Below are positions 37,890 through 50,300 of a stretch of 50,702 bases of DNA, piece by piece. Within the stretch, counting starts at the first letter, position 1, and every line of letters starts with the position of its first letter. The stretch covers positions 1 through 50,702 of the forward strand of contig JANLPS010000253.1 in assembly GCA_031367385.1 (NCBI GenBank), read 5' to 3'. The notes beneath the pieces are model-generated. The model ran no database searches. It was not told the origin of the DNA and worked only from the letters and a program-made list of their open reading frames with translations. The DNA is from Archangium sp. (GTDB lineage Bacteria; Myxococcota; Myxococcia; Myxococcales; Myxococcaceae). The translations under genes were made by a program, and so were the position numbers.

Positions 37890-38001
37890 GGCCTTTCGAA
37901 TACCCGCCACGTCGAAAAACGAGCAACGCAGCCCTGGGATACGGGTGTTGCCATTTTGGAAATACACTCCACGAGGGCCCCAGGGGTAGTGCTGGGAGCC
38001 G

Positions 38002-38700
38002 ATGCAGACATTCTTCTCGCGCCGTGAGGCACTGTGGTTGTTGGGCCTTGCCGGGTGCGGCTCTGCCGTTTCAGCGCCAAAAGGCTTCACCTTGCCCGAC
38101 GAAGTGCCGTCGCGAGAGGTCGATGGGGCTCCGAGGTACGCAGACAGCGTCGATGCGCTGTTCGATGTTCTCTTACCCGCTGAGAAAAACAGCCCCGGCG
38201 CGCGTGAGGTGAATGTCGACGCGGTAATGCGCACCGAAGGGTTGGTGCGGTTGGCGATCGCTCAGGGGTTCATCGCGCCGATGGCCGAGACGGTCGTGAG
38301 CGCGCTCGATCAGCTCGCGACGTCAGCGCGGGTTGCCCTCAATCGAGACCTCGATGTGTTGGCCTCGTTCGAGGTGCCTCTGGCGCGCTTCTCGCAGCTG
38401 CCGTCAGCGACGCAAATCACCGTGGTCGCGCGGGCGTTCGATGACCCGCTCCGCCGCCCGACCTTCTTGGTGATTCGTGCCGTCTGCTTTCTCGCCTATC
38501 TCGGCGGAGGCCCCAGCGACCTCGGCCTTCGCACCTTGGGCTACCCGAAGTTCGAGAACCTCGCTGATGGCGTCGCGGTCAGCGGGTACCCGCGCATGAC
38601 CGACGGGCGAGTCGACGACTACACCTTCAACCAGCAGCCTCCACCGACCAACGGCGACGACCTGAGCCTGGTGCTCACGCCCGAGGGAGATCTGCTGTGA
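38002..38700 (+). CDS. Tat-signal lipoprotein, gluconate 2-dehydrogenase subunit 3-like partner
   Basis: SRREAL twin-arginine motif plus LAGC lipobox; DVLLP...SPGA, ARFSQL, FLAYL, LGYP resemble the GADH small-subunit family; coupled to a GMC gene. Confidence 0.65.
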   Translation: MQTFFSRREALWLLGLAGCGSAVSAPKGFTLPDEVPSREVDGAPRYADSVDALFDVLLPAEKNSPGAREVNVDAVMRTEGLVRLAIAQGFIAPMAETVVSALDQLATSARVALNRDLDVLASFEVPLARFSQLPSATQITVVARAFDDPLRRPTFLVIRAVCFLAYLGGGPSDLGLRTLGYPKFENLADGVAVSGYPRMTDGRVDDYTFNQQPPPTNGDDLSLVLTPEGDLL

Positions 38701-40343
38701 GAGACGTGATCATCATCGGCTCTGGGTTTGGCGGCGCAGTGATGGCCGCGCGCTTGTCAGCCGCGCTGAGCACCCTCAAGCCGGGCTCGAAGGTGTTGGT
38801 GCTCGAGAAGGGTGCCGACGCCACCGGGGCGTTCGATCAGCGCAGCGCTGGCACGCCACTCAACGCGCAGGGTAATCGCTTTCGGCATTCACTCTCACCC
38901 ACCTACTTGTCGACGATCGCGCAGCTCCACACCGACCCGGTGGGCGCGTTCAAGCCGGGCAGCCCGAGCATGACCGTGGTGACCGGCACCGGCCTGGGCG
39001 GGGGCTCGCAGGTGTACGACGGAGTGTCCCTGCGCGCTCCGACCGAAGCCTTCGAGCAGCAACGCGGTGGCAGGCGGTTGTGGCCGAGCCTCTACTCGCG
39101 CGCTTCGCTCAGCCCCTACTACGCGCTCGCAGAGCAACGACTCAACGTCGTCAAGCCGGAGTGGACCGACGCGAAGGCGCCGCACTGGCAACTGCTCACC
39201 AAGCGCGACTTCATTTTCGCCGAAGGGTGCCGCCGCATCGGTGCGACCGCGGTGCCGTTGAAGATCGCTGATCGCAACGACGCCAACGAAGGCTGGTGGA
39301 ACGAGGGTCAGCGCTTCGAGGGCCGACAGAGCCTGACCAAGAACTACCTGCTCGACGCGAAGGCCCACGGCGCCGAGTTCTGGACGGGCTGCGCCATCGA
39401 GTCGATCGAGCCCACCAAAGACGGTTACGTCGTGCGTGGCACCGATTCGCGAACGCTCGGCGCGATTGAAGAAGAATGCCGCGTGCTGATCATCGCGGGT
39501 GGCTCGCTCGGCTCGACCGGGTTGCTGCTCAAGTCTCGCGAGAAATTCTCAGGGGCCCGCGAGCTCGACCCGAATCAGCTGCTTGGCAAGCACGTCTCGG
39601 GCAACGGCGATTACGGCGTCACCGGCGAGGTCGGGCCCGCGTTCGATCGCGACGTCGAGGGCTTCAAGGGCAAACCGATGGCGAGCTTCTGCCCGAGCTT
39701 TTTTCGCCAGCACCAGTTCATCCTCATCCCCTTCTACGCGGCGCCGCTGTACCTCGCGCTCGGCCAGTTCTCGACGCTGCTCAAGCCGAAGAACCCGCTC
39801 GCGGTGGGTCGCGCGTCGACCGAGGTCGCCAACGGCCCCGATGGGCGCCCTGAACGCGACTGGGGCTTGGCCTACAAACAGCGCCTTCAAACCTTCGGCA
39901 GCCGAATGCTCACGATGGGCTGCCTGGCCCTCGATGCGTGCGAAGGTGAAATTCGGCTGTCAGCGAATGAACAAGCCACTGAAGTCACGTGGCGCGAGAC
40001 TGACCCGAGCACCGAAGCGCGGTGGGGCGCGGCGGTCACCACGATGCGCAAAATCTACGAGGCGCTCGGCGGCCAGCTGTACCTCGATGGGTACCGAAAA
40101 GAAGGCACCGTGCACACAGCCCATCCGCTGGGGGGCGTGCGTATGGCCAGCGACTCCACGCAGGGCGTCATCGATGCGAATGGCGAGTGCTTCAGCAACC
40201 CGAACCTCTTCGTCATCGACTCCGCGATGATCCCCTCCGCGCTGGGGGCGAACCCGTCGTTGACGATTGCCGCGGTCGCTGAGTCGATCGCCGATCGCCT
40301 GATTCGCGGGGTGGGCTTGCGCTCACTCGCTGCGCGTCTCTAG
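38697..40343 (+). CDS. GMC oxidoreductase, cholesterol-oxidase-like
   Basis: IIGSGFGGAVMAARL, VLEKG, GLGGGSQVY, SLTKNYL, SGNGD, TAHPLGG, GANPSLTIAA; no signal peptide. Confidence 0.88.
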   Translation: MRDVIIIGSGFGGAVMAARLSAALSTLKPGSKVLVLEKGADATGAFDQRSAGTPLNAQGNRFRHSLSPTYLSTIAQLHTDPVGAFKPGSPSMTVVTGTGLGGGSQVYDGVSLRAPTEAFEQQRGGRRLWPSLYSRASLSPYYALAEQRLNVVKPEWTDAKAPHWQLLTKRDFIFAEGCRRIGATAVPLKIADRNDANEGWWNEGQRFEGRQSLTKNYLLDAKAHGAEFWTGCAIESIEPTKDGYVVRGTDSRTLGAIEEECRVLIIAGGSLGSTGLLLKSREKFSGARELDPNQLLGKHVSGNGDYGVTGEVGPAFDRDVEGFKGKPMASFCPSFFRQHQFILIPFYAAPLYLALGQFSTLLKPKNPLAVGRASTEVANGPDGRPERDWGLAYKQRLQTFGSRMLTMGCLALDACEGEIRLSANEQATEVTWRETDPSTEARWGAAVTTMRKIYEALGGQLYLDGYRKEGTVHTAHPLGGVRMASDSTQGVIDANGECFSNPNLFVIDSAMIPSALGANPSLTIAAVAESIADRLIRGVGLRSLAARL

Positions 40344-40360
40344 GCGGTTCTGCTGCGCAC

Positions 40361-40406
40361 AAAAAAAAACACCCGTCGTCTCGGGGCCGGCCGAGGCGAC
40401 GGGTGT
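40361..40406 (-). terminator. Rho-independent terminator
   Basis: 16 bp stem with one mismatch (40369-40384 / 40391-40406) followed on the - strand by a long U tract (A run 40361-40369). Confidence 0.88.
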
Positions 40407-40438
40407 CGGGAACGCCACAATGGAGTTCCCTTACCGGG
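40361..40438 (-). ncRNA. Candidate sigma54-dependent small RNA (~78 nt)
   Basis: Lies between a consensus sigma54 promoter and a strong terminator; internal hairpin GGGAAC-U-CCA-UUG-UGG-C-GUUCCC; no plausible ORF. Confidence 0.6.
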
Positions 40439-40448
40439 AGGGAGCCTG

Positions 40449-40464
40449 AGCAACGTCGGTGCCA
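40449..40464 (-). promoter_or_regulatory. Sigma54 (-24/-12) promoter
   Basis: The - strand reads TGGCACCGACGTTGCT, an exact match to TGGCAC-N5-TTGCW. Confidence 0.75.
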
Positions 40465-40584
40465 TGCCCTCGCCGCCCGCATCTCGAAGGAAATTCGATT
40501 GGTTGCGCGCGTGTCGCACCCGGCAGGTCGCAATGCCTGCGTGGATCACCGCGACAGCGACGTCGTGCCCTGGGCCTTTTGTGG

Positions 40585-41526
40585 CTACTCGCTCAGCACG
40601 GAGCGAATCGTCTCTCGCATCGAGTACCGCGACGTCCACCCGGTTTCGGTGGCCCACCGCGCACCGTCGACCATGCAGAGAAACTGAATGTGATCGAGCT
40701 CTTCGGGCGGGTAGCTCGCGAGGCGGTACTTGAAGAGCGTCGAGAGCAGCGGCTTGGCGATGAACTGCGGCATCGCAATTGACCGGCGCCCGAGCTCGGC
40801 GAACACGGTCGACAGCGGCACCTGCCCCGGGCCCACCACGTTGTACACGCCCTTGCGCCCGGCCTTCAGGCCTTCGATCAACGCGCGCGCGACGTCTTCC
40901 ATGTGAATGAGCTGCATCATCGGGTCGAAGCCCGCCATCGTCCACGGGCGGGCGAGGCGCAGGTAGTTCGACGGCGCGTTCTTCACGCTCGGCCCCACGA
41001 TGTGCACCGGCCGCAGAACGACCGTCTCGATGCCCGGCTGGCGCCAGAAGAAACCGTGGGCGAGCATGTCGACCTCGATCAAATCTCGCACCGAGGGAAA
41101 GCGCGACGCCGCCATCAACGGCGCGTCTTCGGTCAAGAAGTTCGAGTTTTCGGGCGAGGGGCCGTAGACGTTCGCGCTCGAGAGCACCACGACCTTCTTC
41201 ACCCCGTACTTCGCCGCGCACTCGAGCACCTTCATCGTGCCGAGCACGTTGAACGAGTGGTGATCTTCGGCGCTCATGCGCGGGTCGTGCATGATGCCCA
41301 TGTGAATGATGGCTTTGATCGGCGTCTTGCGAAAAACCTCGTCGGTCTTCTTCTTTCGCAGGTCGATTTGAAAATGTTCGACGTCTTTCGGCTTGCCTAA
41401 GATGGGACGGCGGTCGATGCCGATGACGCGCTCCTGGGTGTGCAGGAGCTTGGTCACCATGCGCCCCAAGTTGCCCGAGATGCCGGTCAGCAACACCGCG
41501 GGGCGGTGGTCGGTCTTCGGGCTCAC
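40585..41526 (-). CDS. NAD-dependent epimerase/dehydratase (extended SDR)
   Basis: LLTGISGNLG, NVLGT, LSSANVYG, VLRPVHIVG, QLIHMEDVARA. Confidence 0.9.
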   Translation of the reverse strand: MSPKTDHRPAVLLTGISGNLGRMVTKLLHTQERVIGIDRRPILGKPKDVEHFQIDLRKKKTDEVFRKTPIKAIIHMGIMHDPRMSAEDHHSFNVLGTMKVLECAAKYGVKKVVVLSSANVYGPSPENSNFLTEDAPLMAASRFPSVRDLIEVDMLAHGFFWRQPGIETVVLRPVHIVGPSVKNAPSNYLRLARPWTMAGFDPMMQLIHMEDVARALIEGLKAGRKGVYNVVGPGQVPLSTVFAELGRRSIAMPQFIAKPLLSTLFKYRLASYPPEELDHIQFLCMVDGARWATETGWTSRYSMRETIRSVLSE

Positions 41527-42374
41527 CAGAACACGGCCTTTCGTGCCTTGAGGCCCTGCTCGAGCATGGTCTGAATCGCCGACTTGACCACGGTCACTTT
41601 TTTCACGAGCTCGGCGTCATCGTCATCGGGGCTGCCGACGAAGCGCAGCGGCTGTCCGAATGAGATGCGGTACTTGGTCGGCAGCGGTATCGGCAAGCCC
41701 TGCGGCGTGACAGGAAACGCGGGGAACCCGAGCAGTTTGGCGAGCGGCTTCACGTTGGCGAACGCGGGCGCCTGCTCTTCGGCCCCGATGACGGCGATGG
41801 GCACGATTGGGGTGTTGGTCTCGAGCGCGAGCCGCATGAACCCCAGCCCGAAGTTCTGCAGCTGGTACGCCTCTGAATACAGCTTCGACATGCCCTTGAT
41901 GCCCTCGGGGAAAACGAGAATCGCCTCGTCTTTCTCGAGCAGCCGGCGGCAGTTCTCAGGCGTGCCGACGATCTGCCCAACGCGCGCGAAGAAGGTCGAG
42001 ACGAAGGGCAGCGTAGGCACCCACTTCTCGACCATCGCGCGCACCACCCGGCCCGGGCGCGCTTCGGTGAGCATCGCGACGGCGATCATCGCTCCGTCGA
42101 TGGGCAACTGACCGCCGTGGTTCGAGACGAGCAGCACCCGCCCGCTCGGCACGTTCTCGAGGCCGGTGGTCTCGCAGCGAAAATACTTTTTGTAGAGCCA
42201 CAGAAACGGCCCGACCGCCGAGAGCGCGTAGTCGAGGTTGAACCCGAACGGGTCGACCCCGTACTCGTTTTGCGGCTTGGTGACGGCCAGCCGCGTCTCG
42301 AGGTCGGGGCCAGACATCGACTCCGTCCACCGTCTCAGACCCGATTTGAGCTGGTCAGTCAGGGAGCGCTTCAC
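41523..42374 (-). CDS. Lysophospholipid acyltransferase (PlsC family)
   Basis: NHGGQLPID (variant HxnD), LVFPEG, GFMRLAL, PIVPIAVIG. Confidence 0.9.
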   Translation of the reverse strand: MKRSLTDQLKSGLRRWTESMSGPDLETRLAVTKPQNEYGVDPFGFNLDYALSAVGPFLWLYKKYFRCETTGLENVPSGRVLLVSNHGGQLPIDGAMIAVAMLTEARPGRVVRAMVEKWVPTLPFVSTFFARVGQIVGTPENCRRLLEKDEAILVFPEGIKGMSKLYSEAYQLQNFGLGFMRLALETNTPIVPIAVIGAEEQAPAFANVKPLAKLLGFPAFPVTPQGLPIPLPTKYRISFGQPLRFVGSPDDDDAELVKKVTVVKSAIQTMLEQGLKARKAVFW

Positions 42375-42422
42375 GCGCGCAAAGTGACAGAGCGAAGTCA
42401 GGTTGTCCGCTAGATTCCCCCG

Positions 42423-42779
42423 ATGCGACGAATGTCAGTAGCTGCGCTTGTGGTGACGACCGTGACGGCCTCGGCCTGGGCCGCCGACCCGTTGTACGCC
42501 GACGCGGGCGCGCCATTGACCCCCGCGGAGTGCACCGTGATGCTCGAGACGATGATGACCCTGTCGGTCAAGGAGTCGCTCGCGGCCGAGCCCGACGTGA
42601 AGAAGATGAACCCCGAGACCCGCGCCGCGACCTCGAAGCAGGCGCTCAAAGCGGCGCTCGAAGACCCCCGGCTGGGCGAGCTGAAGCGAGACTGCCCCAA
42701 GCGCTACGTGACCTCGCAGCGTGACTGCATTCTCAAGGCGAAGACGATGAACGAGGTCGACGCCTGCACCGCGCGCTAG
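42423..42779 (+). CDS. Small secreted four-Cys helical protein
   Basis: Signal peptide ending ASAWA; C...C-x9-C-x11-C; convergent stop overlap with the next gene. Confidence 0.65.
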   Translation: MRRMSVAALVVTTVTASAWAADPLYADAGAPLTPAECTVMLETMMTLSVKESLAAEPDVKKMNPETRAATSKQALKAALEDPRLGELKRDCPKRYVTSQRDCILKAKTMNEVDACTAR

Positions 42780-43993
42780 ATCTCGATGCCCTTGGGCAGG
42801 TTGAATTCTTTGCGCGATTTCAGTGAGCCATCGGGCATGTAGTCGAGCTGCGCGGCGAGCTTGTCGTCGACGAAGAGCTTCTGTTGGGTGAGCTTGTCTT
42901 TGGCGAAGATGGCCTCGATGCGCAGGCGCTTGCCTTCTTGTACGAAGAAGACCTCGCTCAACCCCTCACGCAGGCCCCCTTTGTATTTCGCGCGCCGAAC
43001 CAGCTGGCCCTCGGAGAAGTGCTCGAGGGTGCCATCGGGTACGTACTCGTCCCATGACCAGCTGGGCGCGACCATGTAGGTGCCGTCTGAGCGCTTACCG
43101 CCCTCGTCGTCGAAGCGGGTGATGCGGTAGCCGTCTTTCTCGCTCTTGAGCGCCTCGCGGGTCTTGCCGTTTTGGTAGTGCGAGGTGCGTTGCTCGAGGC
43201 GGCCCTTCTTCCACACGGTGAGGGTGTCGACTTGGGTGCCGCCCTCGAAGAAGGTCGTCTCGCTGCAGCTGACGCGCGCGTCGTCGCAGTCGGTCTTCAC
43301 CGCCAGCTCGCCGTCTTTGTTGAAGAGCTTCTCGCCGTCGCGCAGCAGCTTGCCGTGCTCGTATTTTTCTTCTTCGCGCGGCTTGCCCGTCTTCGTGTCG
43401 AGCTTGCGGCTCAGGCCATGCCGCTTGCCCCACAGGTACTGCTCGGTGGCCCTGACATCACCGGAGTCGTTGTAGAGCGAGACGGTGCTCTGCTTGCCGT
43501 TCATGCCGCACCACTCGGCGTCTTGCGCGGTGATCGAGCGGGTGCCGCACGAGAGCGTCGAGAGCTGGCCCTTCTTGGTCAACTGAAAATCGACGTCGGG
43601 CATCTTGTTGCCTGCGACCATCAGGTACACGCGGCTGACCACGCCGTTTTCGTACATCTTTTGAACGCCGACCTGCTCGCCGGAGTCGCCATACGAGAGC
43701 TCCATTTGTATGACGCCATCGTCGCTGAAGTGCCGGCGTACGCCCTGGTACTTGCCGTTGTGGTACGTGCCGCTATCGGTGATTTTGCCAGTGCGAACGT
43801 CGTATTCGACGTAGGGGCCTTCTCGATGCCCGTCGACGTACTGCTCACGCGTTCTGACTTTCTTGTCGTCTTCGCGGTAGGTGACCTCGCCGCTGAAGTG
43901 CTCGGGCGGCCGGTCGGAGCTGGGTTTGCCGTTGAGCAGAATATCGGCGAAGGCAGGGGTCGAGACGATCGCGAGCAGAGTCAAAAGTCGCAT
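42776..43993 (-). CDS. Secreted MORN-variant repeat protein (YwqK-like)
   Basis: Signal peptide (PAFA); repeated Y-x-x-G-K/R-x-x-G units (YVDGHREG, YHNGKYQG, YLWGKRHG, YKGGLREG). Confidence 0.8.
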   Translation of the reverse strand: MRLLTLLAIVSTPAFADILLNGKPSSDRPPEHFSGEVTYREDDKKVRTREQYVDGHREGPYVEYDVRTGKITDSGTYHNGKYQGVRRHFSDDGVIQMELSYGDSGEQVGVQKMYENGVVSRVYLMVAGNKMPDVDFQLTKKGQLSTLSCGTRSITAQDAEWCGMNGKQSTVSLYNDSGDVRATEQYLWGKRHGLSRKLDTKTGKPREEEKYEHGKLLRDGEKLFNKDGELAVKTDCDDARVSCSETTFFEGGTQVDTLTVWKKGRLEQRTSHYQNGKTREALKSEKDGYRITRFDDEGGKRSDGTYMVAPSWSWDEYVPDGTLEHFSEGQLVRRAKYKGGLREGLSEVFFVQEGKRLRIEAIFAKDKLTQQKLFVDDKLAAQLDYMPDGSLKSRKEFNLPKGIEI

Positions 43994-44016
43994 AGGGTGC
44001 CATTGAGTATCACGCC

Positions 44017-45489
44017 ATGACCGAGATTGTGTTGAGCACGCTGAACGCGAAGTACATTCATGCGTCGCTCGGGCTCCGGTATTTGCAGGCCAATCTGGGT
44101 GCTTTGCAGGCTCGCTCGGTGCTGCGCGAGTTCGTGATTCATGATCGCCCCGCTGACATCGCCGAGCGGTTACTCGCGTTCGACCCGAAGATCATCGGCC
44201 TCGGCGTGTACGTGTGGAACGTGCAGCCGACGCTCGAGGTGGTGCGAATTCTGAAGCGCGTCGCCCCCGAGGTGGTGGTGGTGCTCGGGGGGCCCGAGGT
44301 TCGCTACGAGCACGCCAAGCAAGAGATCTGCGCGCTGGTTGATTACGTGATTGCAGGCGAGGCCGACCATGCATTTCGCGAGCTGTGCGAAACGGTGCTC
44401 GCCGGGTCGCCGCCCGCGCGCGGAGTCAAGCCGGTGCAGCCGCCAGCGCTTTCGACCCTCGCGCTGCCCTATGGGCTGTTCACCGACGACGATCTTCGAC
44501 ATCGGGTGATCTACGTCGAGGCCTCGCGGGGTTGCCCGTACCAGTGCGAATTTTGCCTCTCGTCGATGGACGATGGCGTTCGCCGCTTCGAGACCGAGCG
44601 TTTCTTGGGTGAGCTCGACGCGCTGATGACCAGGGGCGCCCGGCAGTTCAAGTTCGTCGATCGCACGTTCAACCTCGATCTCAAGGTGACGACGCGCATT
44701 CTCGAGTTCTTCTTGGCGCGGCCCGGAGTCTTCGCCCACTTCGAGCTGGTGCCTGATCGCCTGCCTGCCGCACTGCGGGCGCTGATCTCGCAATTTCCCG
44801 ATGGGGCGCTGCAGTTCGAGGTCGGTATTCAAACGTGGGACGTCGAGACAGCGGCCCGCATTTCGCGCCGGCAAGATTACGCGAAGACCGAAGAAAATCT
44901 TCGCTACCTGCGAGCGCATACCCAGGTTCACCTGCACACCGATCTGATCATCGGCCTGCCGGGTGAATCACTCGAACAAATCGCGCGAGGCTTCGACCGG
45001 CTCGTCGCGCTCGACCCGCATGAGATTCAAGTCGGTATTTTGAAGCGCCTTCGGGGCACACCGATCATTCGCCATGATGCCGAGTGGGCGATGGTGTACA
45101 GCGAGAGTCCTCCGTACGAGCTCCTGCGCAGTCGAACGCTGACCTTCTCGCAGCTGCAGGCCTTGAAGCGCTTCGCCCGCGCGTGGGACTTGGTGGGCAA
45201 CAGCGGTCGCTACCGAGCGCTCCGGGGGTTGCTGCTGGGCACTGACCCCTCACCGTTCGCGGCGTTCTCTGCCTGGGCCACGTGGCTGCACGAGCAGATT
45301 GGTGACTTCACCGGCCTGGCGCCCGAGCGGCTCGCTGGGTTGATCGGTGATTTCTTGAAGACCCGCGGCGTTGACCCGGCTCAGGTGATCACGGCCAAAG
45401 AAAACGACGATCGAGCGCGAGAGCTGGCCCGCTTGCGTCTCAAAGCCGAGTCGAAGTCGCTGCGACGGCAAGCACAGCACGCCTCTTAG
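44017..45489 (+). CDS. B12-binding radical SAM protein (DUF4080-type)
   Basis: LNAKYIH, GLGVYVWN, LGGPEV, EASRGCPYQCEFC (CxxxCxxC), FVDRTFN, DLIIGLPGE, PPYELL. Confidence 0.92.
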   Translation: MTEIVLSTLNAKYIHASLGLRYLQANLGALQARSVLREFVIHDRPADIAERLLAFDPKIIGLGVYVWNVQPTLEVVRILKRVAPEVVVVLGGPEVRYEHAKQEICALVDYVIAGEADHAFRELCETVLAGSPPARGVKPVQPPALSTLALPYGLFTDDDLRHRVIYVEASRGCPYQCEFCLSSMDDGVRRFETERFLGELDALMTRGARQFKFVDRTFNLDLKVTTRILEFFLARPGVFAHFELVPDRLPAALRALISQFPDGALQFEVGIQTWDVETAARISRRQDYAKTEENLRYLRAHTQVHLHTDLIIGLPGESLEQIARGFDRLVALDPHEIQVGILKRLRGTPIIRHDAEWAMVYSESPPYELLRSRTLTFSQLQALKRFARAWDLVGNSGRYRALRGLLLGTDPSPFAAFSAWATWLHEQIGDFTGLAPERLAGLIGDFLKTRGVDPAQVITAKENDDRARELARLRLKAESKSLRRQAQHAS

Positions 45490-46496
45490 CGTCGAATGAA
45501 CTCGCCCATCGCGGGCGTCATCGACACGGCTGGCAAGCGCGGCAGCCCGAGCAGATCTTCGACGGTCGCGAGATAGCTTGCGTGCGTGTAGGGCGTTGAA
45601 GAGCGGTAGCCAGCCGAGACGATCTTCTCCGAGACGATGATCATCGGCACCTGATCTTCAGAGCCCACACGGCCCTCGCCTTCGTCCCAGGTGATGAAGA
45701 GCACGCCGCCGTTCTTGTAGGCCTCGCTCTGCATCAGCTTGCCGATCTCTGCACGGGCCCAGGTGTCTGACTGCCGCATGCCCGCACGCGGGTTGAGAAT
45801 CGGGTCGTGGCCATCGTTGGTGAGGTTCGGGGTGATGAAATAGTACTGGTTGCGATTGGCTTTCAGATCGGCGGCGAACTGCGAATAGTCGACGTTGGTG
45901 TCGGCGCACACGCCGTTCGCCCCTTTTTGAATGTCGGCGAAGTACAAAAATGGGTCGTGCTTCGGCGCATACTTGCCGGAGTTGGTGAGGCGGCAGGCGG
46001 TGCCCATGCTCTCCTGATACGAGCGAAAGGGTATGTGCGCGGCCAACATCTGAGTGCCCAGATGCGCTGCCTTCACGGGGAAGGGCGACGTCGTCGGGAG
46101 CGGATCAGAGCCTCCCGCGAACTGCGCTGCGCCGCTGATCATGCAGAGGTAGTTCGGCAGGGACGGGTGAATGTTGCAGTCGTTGTAGTTCGTCGCGAGG
46201 CCGTACTTGGCGATCAGCTCGTTGAAGAACGGAGCGTCTGACGAGCCCACCACCTCCGCGTAGTCGTGGTTCTCGAAGACCACGGTGAAGATGACCGGCC
46301 CGGTGAAGCTGCCGGCGTCGCTCGGCGATGAACCGGCATCGACGCGCCCCGCATCAGCCGCTCCAGCGTCACGCACGCCTGCGTCTTTCGCTTTCTTGAG
46401 CTCGGGGGTGATCGAGGCCTCTTCGTCGTCACCGCCCTGTGACTCGGCGATGCCGCACGCCGAGAGAAAGCACAGCGCCAAGACGCACATTTTCAT
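45486..46496 (-). CDS. Phosphoesterase-family (acid phosphatase/PLC-like) lipoprotein
   Basis: Lipobox LSAC; DAG-repeat linker; ENHDY, HPSLPNY, KHDPF, NDGHD, ITWDE. Confidence 0.88.
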   Translation of the reverse strand: MKMCVLALCFLSACGIAESQGGDDEEASITPELKKAKDAGVRDAGAADAGRVDAGSSPSDAGSFTGPVIFTVVFENHDYAEVVGSSDAPFFNELIAKYGLATNYNDCNIHPSLPNYLCMISGAAQFAGGSDPLPTTSPFPVKAAHLGTQMLAAHIPFRSYQESMGTACRLTNSGKYAPKHDPFLYFADIQKGANGVCADTNVDYSQFAADLKANRNQYYFITPNLTNDGHDPILNPRAGMRQSDTWARAEIGKLMQSEAYKNGGVLFITWDEGEGRVGSEDQVPMIIVSEKIVSAGYRSSTPYTHASYLATVEDLLGLPRLPAVSMTPAMGEFIRR

Positions 46497-46508
46497 ACCC
46501 GGGCACTG

Positions 46509-46524
46509 AGCAGTAAGCGTGCCG
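46509..46524 (-). promoter_or_regulatory. Putative sigma54 promoter for the phosphoesterase gene
   Basis: The - strand reads CGGCACGCTTACTGCT (GG-N10-GC intact; CTGC instead of TTGC). Confidence 0.5.
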
Positions 46525-46689
46525 CGGGCCCCCTCATGGGGAGCGTGTCAATTCGCTTTGCGCCGCAGCTCACTTTTTTCGGGGCACCTCTTCGTGCGGT
46601 GATCACAATTCGGTCAACCTGCTCTTCGACCCTGGGCTGCCCTCAATGGAGGTTGACTTCGAGAGGTGCGCCTCATACCCACACCGCCG

Positions 46690-50229
<3,540 letters not shown>

Positions 50230-50300
50230 ACAGGCGTTTTCGGTCCTTTTTCGTGTCGTGCCGTGGCCTCGCCAGGCCCTGTGGGGGCGGGGTATACACG

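Noticed and set aside
37890..38001. Sigma54 promoter for the lipid operon (TTGCT present on the - strand)
   Set aside because: No GG at the required -24 spacing.
37890..38234. N-terminal extension of the GMC ORF (and the similar extension 36043-36309 of the pseudo-lipase)
   Set aside because: Overlap neighbouring real genes; signal peptides mark starts at 37889 and 36042.
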